A DNA stretch of 64,000 bases, taken from positions 1,231,192 to 1,295,191 of the forward strand of contig NW_027192193.1 in assembly GCF_041956535.1 (NCBI RefSeq), read 5' to 3'. A program made the translations under genes and the position numbers. The notes beneath the pieces were generated by a model. The model did not search any database. It was not told the origin of the DNA and saw only the letters and a program-made list of their open reading frames with translations. This stretch comes from Calcarisporiella thermophila CBS 279.70 (taxonomy: Eukaryota; Fungi; Calcarisporiellomycota). Shown here in pieces: positions 13,148 to 28,288 of the stretch; within the stretch, counting starts at the first letter, position 1, and every line of letters starts with the position of its first letter.

Positions 13148-14803
13148 ATGACCCATTGCCCTTCTCGATCCTTTGCACTTTTTTTTGCCCCCCTCCTTCT
13201 CCTTGCCACGGTTGCCTCATGCTTCAATGTGAACTGCAACAGTAACCTCGTCAACTACTGGGGCCAGAATTCGTATGGCGCGGCGAATCCAGGCGATAAA
13301 CCGGGCTGGCAAAAGCCTCTAGAGGAATACTGCAAAGATACAAGTCTTGATCTGATCACAGTTGCGTTCTTGCATGTGTTTAACGCTGGCACCGGTCGGC
13401 TTCCCGAAATCGACCTGTCAAATCAGTGCTCAGATTACTTGTAAGTACGACGCACAACATTGCGGTTACGAAAAAAAAAATATCCTATTATAAGTGCTTA
13501 AAGCCTAAATTTTATTTTAATTTAGCAACGGGACCTCACTCCACCACTGTCCAGAGACCGGAAAAGGCATCAAAGCTTGCCAAGCTAAAGGAAAGGCGGT
13601 CCTGCTTTCTCTAGGCGGAGCAGCAGGGTCGTATGGCTTCGCGAACGACAACCAGGGCAGAGAATTTGCGAACACCATTTGGAACTTGTTTTTGGGTGGA
13701 AAGAGCAACACTCGTCCGTTTGACGACGCCGTCCTTGACGGAATCGACTTGGAGTAAGTCAATTCTCCGTCTCGCCATGGTAGAGAGGATCCTGATCCAT
13801 AGCATTCTTTCATCATTAGCATTGAGGGTGGATCGAGTGTCGGGTATACTGCCTTCGTTAATGAACTCCGTAGGCTTTTCGCGCAGGATGCCTCCAGAAA
13901 GTATTATATTGCGGGTGCTCCCCAATGCCCCTACCCAGACGGCTACATGGGCCCGGTCTTGGATTCCGCATGGTTCGACATGGTATATGTTCAATTCTAC
14001 AACAACTACTGCTCCCTCAAGGGCTCCTTCAACTACGCAGAGTGGGACAACTGGGCTAAGACCAAGGCGGTGAACAAGAACGTCAAGCTTTATATTGGCG
14101 TGCCCGCATCAACCACTGCTGCTGGCAGCGGATATGTAAGGCTGAGTGACCTGCAAAACACGGTGAATAGCGTAAGGAGCAAATACGCGTCGTTTGGAGG
14201 TAACCCATTCTAGCCGATCTCCTATGATGCCACTGCTTAATCATTTATTCCGCGAGATTAGGAGTGATGATGTGGGATGCAAGCCAGTCCTACAACAACA
14301 AAGATGGCTCGCCCAATTATGCGGCCGCAACCTCCCAATTCCTTAAGCAGGGCGGTAGCTGCAGTAAGGCAACCACCCCGTTGGATACGCTGGATAGCCC
14401 CGGTAGCTCGACCGATTCTCTCAAAGCCCCTGGACCACTTAACCCCACCAAGGACCATTCGGGCCCCGAGTCCTACCCTCTCCCCAAAACCCAGATCGAA
14501 TTTGTCCACCTCGGTTCGACCGGCGCCAAAACTCGTTTGCTAGCGCGAGTGCGTAGCAAAGATTACCCCATTCGAGCGAATTGGCACCTCCAGTTCTCCG
14601 TCGGTGCCGGTGCAAAGGTGGAGAGCGTTTCGCGTGGAACCTTTGAACAGCAGGGAACCCAGGTGGTGGTGAAGAGTATTCCCGCAAAGGAGCCCAAGTA
14701 TCAGATGGCCCTGTGGTTTGAAATTGTCATTCAAGAGGCTAAAGGTCTGAAGCCGAATGCGACCCCCGATGTAAGTGCTGCCAAGTTTGACACCAGCGGT
14801 TAG
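13148..14803 (+). CDS. Secreted GH18 class III (Cts1-like) endochitinase with C-terminal beta-rich domain, 4 exons
   Basis: Signal peptide; [33 protein letters not shown](D)IE catalytic motif split by an intron, [25 protein letters not shown]. Confidence 0.92.
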
Positions 14804-15792
14804 TCGGGGAAGCATCTACCGCTTGGATATTGGCTACATCCTTATCAGTCCGTGCGACTTTATTTAAAGAATATATATATCGATATATGAAGTATATATA
14901 CAGTCCTGGTTGTGCTGTATTTCTCAATATTGGCCATTATCTGAATTTGATCAGTGTTTCTTTTGTGCTGTATCCATTAGTAAATTTTTGATTATTGTGA
15001 AGAGGTCTTAACCATAAACTTTAACTTTCATGGATGTAATTCAGCCTACAATAAAGTGAACGTTTTCATTTCCCAGGTTGCGTAGAACCGCACTCCATTA
15101 TTATTAATGCGGACGTCAGGCAGCCGAGAATATCAGCATATCTACCTGCATTTAGCCGTGTTGAAGTCATCAAGTTCGGAATAGGAAAATTCAAAAATAG
15201 TCATGATGGGTTGATTGGATTCTTTATCACATTTGGTAACGAAATTAACTCCAGTGGATCCGGCCCGAGTCACGCCGACTGAAGGCTATATTTATGTTGC
15301 TTAGCCTCCTCGTCTGACAGGTATTGCTGTCTGCGCTAGCGAGGCCAATATGGGGATGCTGAAGCGTAGTACACGAACATGAATAAAAAACACCTCAAAA
15401 ATGTCATTCGGAAACTCCTCTTGAAATAATGAAATGCCAATATAGTGACAAGGGGGCATACCCGAAGGACAAAATCCACCAACACTAACAATGTTCCCAG
15501 TGAAACGTCTCGGCGAACGTCATATCGAGAAGGAATCATGCCCCTCGCGGTGAAAAAATGAATCGGAACTCTTGGTACCCAAAAATACCATGTTAACAAA
15601 ATATTTTAATATTTGCACTTTGCTTGGTACACTTCACTATGGAGAAAGGGGGAACGGCAATTCATATAAAGGTATTAGATAGTCTATCTAAATTTATTTT
15701 ATGGTGAAATAAACTCAAACAAGGTTGAAACAAAGAGTATCCAATGTCATTTTCAACTATGATTAAAGTAATGTGGAAATGAGATGATGGGA

Positions 15793-16625
15793 TTAGAACA
15801 CGCAAACAAGTGCAAAAACAAATGCAATGAATGCAAAGCTGGCTTGAGAGGTGGCGGCACTTGACTTAGGCTGAACGGAGGTAGAAGGACGCAACGCGTT
15901 GGAAGCAGTTGCGGAAGCAGCAGACGAGGGAAGTGCAGAGGCCGAGGAAGCAGCCGACGGAAGCGAAACTGAAGCAGAGCTTGCGGACGTTGCGGCAGAT
16001 GAGATTCCGCTAGCAGAGGCCGCGGGGAGGGAGGTCGCGCCAGAGGACGCGCCGGAGGCAGAAGGCAATGCGGCAGTCCCGGAGGCACCGGAAGCACTTG
16101 CGGCACCTGAAGAGGCGGCAGCGCCGTTGTTGTCGATGGTGAAATAATGGCTATAGCAGACATTGGGGGCTTGACCAATTTCAATTGCATAGTCAGAGCC
16201 AGGAGTCAAGCCTAAAAATAAAAAATTGCCCATAAGTTTATGTAGATTAGGGAGCATCCACTAGCACAAAGATTAATTACCTGCTGGGACATTGTATGTG
16301 AAGGTTCCTGCGTTCTGATCAACATTGCTGGCAATCGTCGCCACCTGCTGCATAGCGGAAGCGGGGCCCTTGCGAAGATTAATATTAACCTTGGGGCTGT
16401 TGCCGCCAGGGGTCCTAAAGAGAGGATGAAAATTAGGAGATTGGAATTACTAAGAGAGCAGATGATTATAACGAGATTTTACCAGTTGATAACGGCCTTG
16501 TCACCCAGTTTCCAAGCTGTGCCGTCCACAGGGTTGGTGATAGAGGGGCATTGTCCAGCAGGAGCTTGAGCAATAGCAAACTGCGCGACGGCAATGAGAG
16601 CAAAGACAGCCTTGAGGTTGAACAT
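15793..16625 (-). CDS. Ser/Ala-rich GPI-anchored cell-surface protein with Kre9/Knh1-like N-terminal domain, 3 exons
   Basis: Signal peptide MFNLKAVFALIAVAQFAIA; SITNPVDGTAW..G....INW; YAIEIG...YSHYFTI; Ser/Ala stalk; hydrophobic GPI signal at C-terminus. Confidence 0.8.
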
Positions 16626-18077
16626 TATGTAATGTAAATGAATGAGAAAAAGAGGAATTAGAAAGATGGAAAAGAGATAGTAAGAAAGCAAGGACCTAAG
16701 AATAGGGATCGAGCAAAGCTCTTTTATAATCGAGTTTTTGTTAAATTTAGAACGAACCAATGGAATTTATTGCGTGCCAATTAATCGGTTTAATATGGCC
16801 AGTTTATGTTTGTTGGCTCGGGGAGGGCTCGCACACAACCCATCTCTTCCACAATCTATGACTAAACCCTGGCCATTGCCATCATCTGCCAGCACATGAG
16901 CACTGCAATTGCTCATCATTCCGTCGCCCACTGGGGATTGTGGATGTGGATCGAGCATCCTCTCTCCATTGACGAGTTTTCCTGGAAAATTCCGGCGAAA
17001 CAAGGTGAAAATTTAGGGGCAGCCAATAAAGCCCACAATGTTCTAAATTAGTTTCCGAAGAGAAACTGACCAAACAGCTTTGTCAAAACAAACAACATTG
17101 TTGCTGATTAAATTTCCCTTAACAGAACAAAAATCCTCAGCTTAAAGTTCATCAGAGCTGCTGGGCGATAATCCCAGTTGTTTTCCAAAGGGCCGATTCC
17201 AGTATTTCCATCTGCCTTCCAAAAAAGGCAGTGATAAGGAAAGGTCCATATCTCTGCGCTCATCTTTTTTTCGAGGGCTGGCATTTTGGGATAGGATCGG
17301 CTTGCACAGTGCTAACACGGGAGAGTTTGGATATGGTGTAGGAAAAATGCCAGTATATACTACGCCACTTAAAGATTTCAAATTTTCCTCAGGGTTGTTT
17401 AACAAAACCAGATTGCAACAGGTGCGAAAATTTGGATCCTTACACTCACAAGACATATACATTAAGATGGAAACAACACTAAGACGTTGACCACAACAAG
17501 CTCCAGGACGGCTCCTAGATAAAATGGATTTGCCATCGGAAATTCATAACTAATAGATCGAGCTAGGATCGGCTTGCACAAAGACTATTTGGATATAGTT
17601 GCAGAAGATATCTTACAAGTCGAGTCGGGGCCCGAGCAAATAGGTTGAGTATGGCTATTTGGAAGCTTGCGAATGTAACCTACCAAATGTACAGTAAGAA
17701 TGATAACTGTTTCACACACTAGTCCGAAAAAAGGCCCCAGAAATAAGAGGAGAGTTTATTGCCCCCTTAATACTGGAAATAGATGCAAAAATTTAAGATA
17801 GTATCATTTTGGAAGTGCAGAGCAATTGAGAGTTTCAACTAGAATATGGCAAAGCATGCCCGAATCTATTATTTTCCTCCATTAACTTCCCCTGGCAGAA
17901 GTAGTCATGGAAACTTATAAGACAGGGCGAGCAGGATGATCTAAGATATCTCTTAGCGTAAATAAAGGCACATCAATCAATAGTTTTATTGATGAAGGGT
18001 TTTATATCCAATTACGATGAAAAAGTCAAGCGAAGTCTGACAAAAATGAAAAAAGTGTAAAAAAAAAATACAAATAT

Positions 18078-20040
<1,963 letters not shown>

Positions 20041-20239
20041 TTCAGATCGATAAATTGCGCCTTGTTCGAAATAACAAGAATTACCGACTATCTCGAGACT
20101 ACTATATGAAATTAAGCCACTTGAATAAACATAAGGAGCATTTCAGATAGTCTTCAGAAGAAGACGTAAGAGCAGTCACTTATTTAAAAGCTCGACGCGA
20201 CAAGATCTTGATCTCGACGATCTTTGTTCAAGATTCAAA

Positions 20240-23200
20240 ATGAGGGACGGTCGCCAGGATTGTTATTATTTTATGAATCGCATCTGTAGCAAGGTAGGTC
20301 TTCCCATTCTTTTTAGAACCTCACATCAGTCGCCTTAGTTAAATCTAATTGATCCAGGGCGATACCTGTCAATTTCGACATTCTGAGCCTGCGAAGAACT
20401 CGCTGATCGTGTGTCAAGAGTGGCAAACCACCGGCGATTGCTCCAAAGAAGAATGTACAGAAAGGCATTCGTTCTATAATGCGCCATCTGAGGTTCCTAT
20501 ACCATATATTTTGCATGATTTTGCGATTTTGCTAACCTTTAACTCTGATCTATCAATTAGCAACCCGATCGTTCACAAACCCAGTGCTACTGGGAGTTAA
20601 ACGGAGGTTGCAAAAAGCCAAACTGTCCATTTAAACACACTCTTAAAGCACCGGCAGATATTGAATTGCAACCAAATCCAATTACAGCAATTGTTGAGAA
20701 TCCAACGCCAGCACCCGTGGCAGAACCTGTACAACCGGAGACGCAGCAACTTCCCCAATCCCTACCGCAACCCACTATAGCTGTTGAGCCTATATCTCGC
20801 ATGGGATCCAGCCCCGAGTTAGAAACTGGCCCTTCTCCTCAAGCAGCCACAAATGTTCCCGCAGCAAAAGCTAGATCAGTGTCTCCCCCTGCTGCCTCTG
20901 CCCCCACGACTATCAGTAACGGCTTCTCTCCTCAGATCTCTTCTACTGCAACACAAAACCCCAACAATAATTCGGCGAATGCCGCTTCACCTTCCCCAGC
21001 CTCTGCCCCAGGCCCTGGTGGAAATGTGGTGAATACCCCCAATAAATCGTTCGGAATAAAGAGCTTCGAGGAAATCATGGCGGAGAAACGAGCAAAAAAA
21101 TTGGCTGCACAGCAGCAGCAGAAAACTGAGCCGAGCACGGCGGTGAAGGTCTCCAGCCCTCCAATTCCGGAAGCAGTTTCTACCTCGTCTCCTCGGATCC
21201 CCCCTTCCAATGTAGCTCCTGTCAGCAATATTCCCGCTGTGGAATCTTCAAATTCTGCTCCAGCGCCATCCCAGCCAACATCTCAATCTATACAATCTGC
21301 ACCACCACCTGCAGCTGGGACCCATAGAATAGTTTCAGAACCTGTCGCCGCGGTTACTAATCCCGAAAACACAGCATCATCAACTTCGGTAGGCACAGAG
21401 CTGCACGTCAAACTTGACAACAAGGATACTAATGCAATACCCGCTGACATTTCTTCTAAAACTATCACCCTTACCTCTTCATTCACCCCTTCAATCACGC
21501 CTCCACCTCAGCAGAAGCCCGTACCTGTTATCGGAAAATTATCAGAGAACGAAGCACAAAAGGCTCAGGAACCAATTTCTTCAGCCGCCACTACTTCAGT
21601 TGTATCCACTGGAGCGACAGCCAAGCCTATTAACTTGCCACCGCAGATTACAGCCGCAAACCCCTCTTCTGATACTGGTTCAGGCAAGAGTGCAACAAAA
21701 ATTGCTACGGATGATAAATCTACATCCTTGGCAACATCAACACCACAAAAGATGCCACTATTTGGTTCGCATTTCATGCGAAGTGCTGCTGCAGTATTAC
21801 AGCAGAGGCTTCAGAAACCCACGCCCAGCCAACCCACTGCAAATGAACAGGTAAACAGCTCTCAAAATAGCCACAATTCGAAGGCTCTCGTAGTAATCTC
21901 TTCTTTCACGAACTGTAGGAGACAGCGAAGCTCGCAGAGTCAGAACAAACTAACAATCTCATATCTGATACCAAGGAGTCCGTCACGCCCTCGTCCAATA
22001 CTTTGAATAATAATCAATTTGCTAACCCTGCACGACGAATGTTCCAGCGGGTGTTTGGGCAGCGAACTAACCCTGAGCAAGATCAAAGTGGGGACCAAAA
22101 CAAGACACAAAATATGGTTTCTGGAACCACTATCGCCTCGACTCTCACTCCTACTTCCACAGAGACTCCCTCTGCTGCCTTGCCCCAGCCAATGGAATCC
22201 TCGTCTGTAGAGACCAAGGAGACCCCCGCTTTTATACAGGAGTCAAAGCAGGCTGAAGAAAAATCGGTCGAGCCCACCCATGCTGAGCCCAAATCTGTTG
22301 TGAATACTCCTATATCGGCCTCGATTCAGGATATTAAGTCACCAACCAAGCGAACATTTGAAAGTGCAGGATCGCCTCCAACAATAGACGCGCAAGTTCA
22401 GCCTAACAAGCGCACTAAACCAAACGAGAAAAACGAAACTGCTGCTGAAAGTGAGGATACCGCAATGACAGATTCTATTGGTACACTGGACAACACCCCA
22501 TCTTCTGCTTTTGCTCCAGCTTCGACGATTCCGAGCTCGTTCGGCGGTGGATTTGGCGCAGGCTTATTTAGCTCTGATTCTGCCGTTCGCTCGAATTCTT
22601 TTACTACCCCCCCATCAAAGCCATTTGGTGCTCCGACTGCGCCATTTGGTATGGCAGCCGCAACCTCCCCGACTTCTCCGTTTGGAAGTAGTGCTGGGCT
22701 ATTCTCTGGCAAAGGAGCGTTTGGGGCTCTTGCGCAACCACAACAGCCACAACCACAGGCGAAAATTCCTCAAGTTAAAGCTGCATTCTCATTTGGGAGT
22801 TTTGGCAAAGCAACCTCGGGAAGTGAAAGTAAGCAGCCAGTTGTAACGTCCTTAACGAACTTGGAATCGGATAAAAGCCAGGCTAGTGAGACCACAGGCG
22901 CAACCAAGCCGGTAGTCCCTACGTTTGGTCAAGTGTTTGCATTACCTGCGGCCGATAATGGCCAACCAGCAAAGGAAACGCCCTCGAAGCCAGCCGAGTC
23001 TGCAATGATAAATACGTCTGGGCCACCTGCCTCGGTCTCCACACCAGCAGAAGCAGCTCTGACCGCGGCCCAGGCTGAGAGCGAGGCGCCTCCTTTGAAA
23101 CCTCCTTCGGCGCTGAGCGAACCAGTCACCACTACGACCGCCCATACAACAGGGGATCTTGTCCCCTCTAATCCAGAGGCTGAGGCATCCAAACCACTGC

Positions 23201-23796
23201 AATCTGCCTTGGCTCCAATCGCAGATGTTAAAAAAGAAACTACGCCTCCAATCGCTACACCTACTCCGGAGCTAGGAACTTCTACTACTATTCCTTCGCC
23301 GCCCCCAGCCATTTCTCCGCCTCCAGTGAGATCCCCACCTGCTCCAATCGTTACCCCAGCGCCCTTGTTTTCATCGTCCGCAGCAGCCACTGCTCTGCCA
23401 GCCATTGCACCAGTAGAGAAGTTGCCTCTTCCCGATGTTGGAGCAGCCTTGGCAACAGGCACTACGTCCTCAAATGCCCCCCCAAGTGTTGGCTTAACTC
23501 GATCTGCTGCTCCTACTGGAAGTTCCTCTCCACCCAATTCAGTGCTAGCGTCGAAACCCGCGCCCACGCCAGCCCCGGCAACCAACCCACCCGTGCGCAC
23601 CAGAAAACCCAACCAATTCGTACTTCGCGTGCGTAACCGTGTCATTCGGTTCGAGATCCCTGGCGTTTCACCAGAAGACTTGAAAGGCCTTGACGAAGCT
23701 CTAACCGGAGAGGACGGCGATGTAGAAATGGGAGAAGCCAACGGCGGCGACAAGTGGTGGGAGGATGTGACGGATGATTTCGAAGTGATCAGTTAA
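20240..23796 (+). CDS. CCCH zinc-finger protein (ZC3H11-like N-terminus) with long Pro/Ser-rich and FG-containing disordered region
   Basis: Spliced DCYYFMNRICSK/GDTCQFRH, VCQEWQTTGDCSKEECTERH, CYWELNGGCKKPNCPFKH; IKSFEEIMAEKR motif. An intron at ~21851-21918 joins the two long ORFs. Confidence 0.75.
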
Positions 23797-24268
23797 ATAT
23801 TCAGCATCCTTTATCTTATTCCATGCCTTTTTGTTTTATTAGATATTTTTTTTCTCTTTGTTTTATTTTTTCACTTTATGTCTCGCTTCTTTTCCCTCAA
23901 TGACATCCTTTGGTGTTAATAAACTCATGTATAGTATGCTTTTTCGTTCAATCCTGATTCGGACATTTTACTAGAGGCTACCATGCGCTCTTGTATTGCA
24001 TGAATTCAACTTTCCACCTCACTACCTGTTAACAGGAGATCCTATTTATCGTGAGGGGTGAATGCGTGTGGAATAGCTATCGATATGCTACGCATTCATT
24101 TCATCGAGCCCGTTTACTGTATGCTCTCTGAATTTCGCCAATCCAATTTCAATACGTAAAAAAAGCAGTCCGGGGCATCCATGTGGCTTTCATGATCCAC
24201 TTGGCTCTTCACGGTCGACTCTTCTACTCGAACAAGTAGATTGTTGGAAGGAAAATAATCCCACATCT

Positions 24269-24487
24269 ATGCTTGGCCTCTTTAGTTTCCAGAGCCTGCG
24301 TCTCATCCTGCTCCTTTTTATCTGCACATGTACATATTTGCGTGCACAGGTGCCGTCGCTGCTGGATCGCAATAAAACTGGTTTTCTGGGAGTGTTCTGG
24401 AAGGCCGCTCGGATCGGTGAACGATTGAGTCCATATGTGTCACTAGCCTGTGTGTTGATGGGGGTTAGCCTTCTGATGTCGAGTTAG
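24269..24487 (+). CDS. KSH1: Protein Kish (KSH1/TMEM167), intronless copy
   Basis: 72 aa [56 protein letters not shown] matches the Kish family. Confidence 0.85.
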   Translation: MLGLFSFQSLRLILLLFICTCTYLRAQVPSLLDRNKTGFLGVFWKAARIGERLSPYVSLACVLMGVSLLMSS

Positions 24488-25886
24488 GAAGAATCGTACC
24501 ATCGTGTCTGCGCACGTAGATAGGTGTTTATATTTAACGAGATTATTTATGAATCCTACATCCTCGCGTTAATCCCAAAAACAGTGATGTGCTCACTACT
24601 CTTTTTTTTTTCTGTATCATTGTTATATATTCTCTTCCCTTTTCCTAAAATTTCTTTGCGGTTTTTTAACATTCTCATCTAATAAGAGATTTATTTTTTT
24701 CCTGCAATACTTGGCCCATCGTTCTCTTTGAATATTAGTACGAGTGATAATGAGAAATTTTTTTACGCCAAATTCTGTCCTTGCTGTAGTGACACGAGGG
24801 GATGGAATTGGAAGCAGATGGAATAGCTAGCAAGCAAGAGTATTGCTTTTAGGCCGCATTGAAGGGATGGGAGAGCTGGGAATTTTTTTCCTTAGAAAGC
24901 CTGAAAATAAATTATAATACGATGGAAAATAGATGAAATGAAGAAATCCATATCGATAAACTAATAGATGCTATTACACGTTCCAATAGAAAGGGCATAA
25001 AAAATAAACATGCTTCAATATAACAAACTAGACAAGACCCAGTTTGACTGTTTTTTTTTCTATAAATACATATCAATAAACTCTGTGGAAACTGGTACAG
25101 GAAAGGGAATAAACGATTCATAAGGCTTTATTGTGATATGAGACAAATGAAGTGAGGATAATTGTAGCCACCTCCATTAGTGTACGGGCTAACTAAACAA
25201 CTGAGTGTCCGTTTACTAGAGCACAATAGGATGTCGCAAGGGATAAAAATGAAAACACGAAAACGCACTATTTAGGCGATCTGAGTGCATGATTTCATTC
25301 ATATTTACTCATTCAACTGCACTATCCTGTTCAAACCTTCCGGTACAATGAACCTCTCGTATCAATCATCATATTCATTGATATTAAATGATTTATTGCT
25401 CCATTCAACACTGAATAAATCCCTCATTCATTCTAGAACAGGTCAACTAAAACAGATCCCCAGAGGTGAATAAACTTAAAAAACAACGAAAATATCCGCA
25501 TGGTGTGACCATTGACAAGGTGTATTCTTGCAAACAGGATTTCAAGACTATTTCCTTTTCAATTTTCATAGATTGACACCACATTATCAGCTTAACCTGT
25601 TCACTAAGCCTCCACTTTGAAGGCTCTACCTGGGCGCCGGAATTCTACCTTTGCCTAGAGTATACATTAGTGGCTCTGTACTATATTTAGATGGCTGCCT
25701 CATGCTAGAGGCTGATGCTTGAGAAACTTGTGTTTTATTACAATAAAATTATCCAGCCTGGTTGACGAAAATACTTCAATAAATCTTGAATAGTACAATA
25801 TACTACGTAACACTACTAAAAATTAAACTTGTAAAAAATTTTAGTAGAAACAAGGGGATTGTAATATTATTTAACTCAATTGAATG

Positions 25887-26221
25887 TTTTTTTTGATCAA
25901 TCAATGGAAACTTTTATTTAATTTCCATATATTACATGAAGTTAATGTCAATGGACTTAACATAACAAGATATAGGTCCTTGGTAGATAGGCGTTCAATC
26001 GATATGCGTGTATCGTAGTTGTCGTGAATAGCATGTACGTGAAACCGATGTAATCTTTGTACTTATCGTAGGAGGGATCCTTTCAATAATGTAGACTCAA
26101 TTTCTGATCAAGTGGACAGCAGTCACAAACTAAGAGTAAGTGCTGGTGGGGGAAGTGGGATTTGAACCCACGCCGTTCTCATCGGCATACCAGGGATAGT
26201 CCACTACACTAACCCTCCCCC
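25887..26221 (-). mobile_element. tRNA-derived SINE, copy 1
   Basis: Minus strand: tRNA-like head (A box TTAGTGTAGTGG, B box GGTTCAAATCC, ends ..CCCCCACCA), ~250-nt body, TTGATC(A)8 tail. Flanked by direct repeat TAACTCAATTGAATG at 25872-25886 and 26222-26236. Confidence 0.92.
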
Positions 26222-26308
26222 TAACTCAATTGAATGTTTTTATGGTGAGAATTAAAAAAAAATTAAGCAATAAATATCAGCCACTAAAATCCATTTCAAG
26301 CGAAAGGA

Positions 26309-26381
26309 GCTCTGATGGCTCAGCTGGCAGAGCGTCTGCCTAGTAAGCAGAAGGTCCTGAGTTCGATTCTCAGTCAGAGCA
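26309..26381 (+). tRNA. tRNA-Thr(AGT)
   Basis: Acceptor stem GCTCTGA/TCAGAGC; anticodon arm TCTGC-CTAGTAA-GCAGA; T-loop GTTCGATTC; oligo-T terminator follows. Confidence 0.95.
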
Positions 26382-27979
26382 CATTTTTTGTTTTATATAT
26401 TTAATATATAAATGTCTTGTTTTGTATCTTGAATATCATTCATGTAATGTCAGAGTTACCAAAAAAAGTGAAAACAGGAAACACATTCTGCCAAATATTC
26501 CATTCTATTCAAGGCAGTGTAGTATTTTCGTCGATAAGCAATTTTGTAAGTCATCTGCTTTTTCCCCTGTGAAATTTTCTTTTTAATTGGGGTGGGAACA
26601 CGTTGATGGACGATACCGTAGGAGAGGCTGCTACGGGCAAAGAGACGAAATTCCGCGGTGGGGGAGGGGTAGCATCGTTTATTAAAACTAAACCAGGTTA
26701 GTGGCAACCGGTAGTAACAGAGAACAAGTGTAGGTGATCGCGATTTCAATACAAAGCTTGTGTACTCCGTTGTCCTGCATCACACTAATTAGCTTCCTGC
26801 TAAGTGTTTTTATTCTCCTAGGCGGGCATTCGGCCTATACCTGATCTTTGTTCACGTTCTCGCCTTGCTCTAACTATTCTCATGATCACTTAGCCACATT
26901 ATTTTTTGGGGGAGGAGGATGACTCTGCTATAGCTAAGCATACTTGGCATCGAGCAGAATGCAGCTGCACTTGTTAATGTGGTACTAGAAGGTAAACAAA
27001 TAGGCGGGCCACGGTCCAACCAGCATTATTGGTGTGCCGGCATTCCGAAACCACTCGATAGCAGCATCAGACTCCATCGATGGCTTGGTAACACCTAACC
27101 GCTTTCGCCCCTTTCCTGCTCCTCATTTGCAGCAGGTCTTGGGAGCAAGAAGGGCGCGGTACGAAACTCTCCGGCATTGTGCATCCTGACGCGGTCAATC
27201 TCGTTCAAAAATGGGTGGGCATACATTAAAAAAAAAAAAAAGCCAAGAGACTTGCACCGACGGCAAGAGTACTGGACTACAAGGATCATGGTTTGGAAAA
27301 GGGATGTGCCCTCATAAGTTAGAAAGGAGAGCTCCCGTGAAACCAAAAATCCAGTATAGTTTGCGGTAAAAAAAAAGTCGGCGATATGTGCTCCATCTCT
27401 CGATGGATCGGTGTGTTTTCAGCCTCTGCTGCAGCTACTACAATGGCACCGCGATTGACGATACGCGACCGATTTCAGAGGGGCAATAGTGCGAGTGGAA
27501 GAGAGAGGAATTCACGGGACTCGGTGGCTTAATGCATGGCTTCTATTGCCAGGACGAGGGGAAGGGCAGCCAATCCTACCATTTCCAGCCTGTGGCTCTT
27601 ATTATTTTTTCATGGTGATTAAATTTCGAGGAGCGATCACTTATTTTCCTTCACCACCTCATTTGGCACTAGTTTGTTATTCATGGTACGCCGCTCTCAT
27701 CCCGCTACAGATGTAATACAGGTAACATGCATGCGCTCCTCTCGAAACAATGAGCGGAGGAGGCCGGTTGAGCAAGGCCCAAAAATAGAAGAATGGCAAT
27801 TAGTCCATTTGTAGCAAGATTTGGCTTAATTGGGAAGACCCGTTTGTTAAAGAGGAACAGCCCGAAGAAACAGTATTTAAGAGGGGCCGTTTTCCTTCCA
27901 TCCCCCACCACCAACACACAGCTTCTCTTCTCAGCTTTCTCTAGCAATCCCAATTAATATCATCATCATCTTCATCAAC

Positions 27980-28288
27980 ATGCGCGCTCAATTCTCCATT
28001 GTTGCCTTGGCTGCCCTCATTGCCTCCGTTGTCGCCACCGGTGTCAACAACAGCTGCAACAGCAACCAGGAGGTCTACTGCTGCAACACCAAGAACACCA
28101 ACAAGGGTATCGGTGTCTTCACCGGGTGCTCTCTTGTGGACAACGCCGCGATTGCCGCCCTCGGTCTCGCTGCCGCTGTCAACCAGAAGTGCCAGAACAA
28201 GCAGGCCACCGTGTGCTGCAATCGCAACTCGCAAACCGGCGTCGTCAATGTTAGTGCCGCCAACTGCAATTCTCTCAATGTCGCTTAA
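27980..28288 (+). CDS. Hydrophobin-like secreted protein (8 Cys)
   Basis: Signal peptide plus C-X7-CC-X14-C-X20-C-X7-CC-X15-C pattern, 102 aa; strong codon bias; TATA-like TATTTAA upstream. Confidence 0.82.
   Translation: MRAQFSIVALAALIASVVATGVNNSCNSNQEVYCCNTKNTNKGIGVFTGCSLVDNAAIAALGLAAAVNQKCQNKQATVCCNRNSQTGVVNVSAANCNSLNVA

Noticed and set aside
26144-26221. Fourth and fifth functional tRNA genes (also 49422-49499)
   Set aside because: No anticodon arm, no adjacent oligo-T terminator, and both are embedded in TSD-flanked poly(A)-tailed elements.
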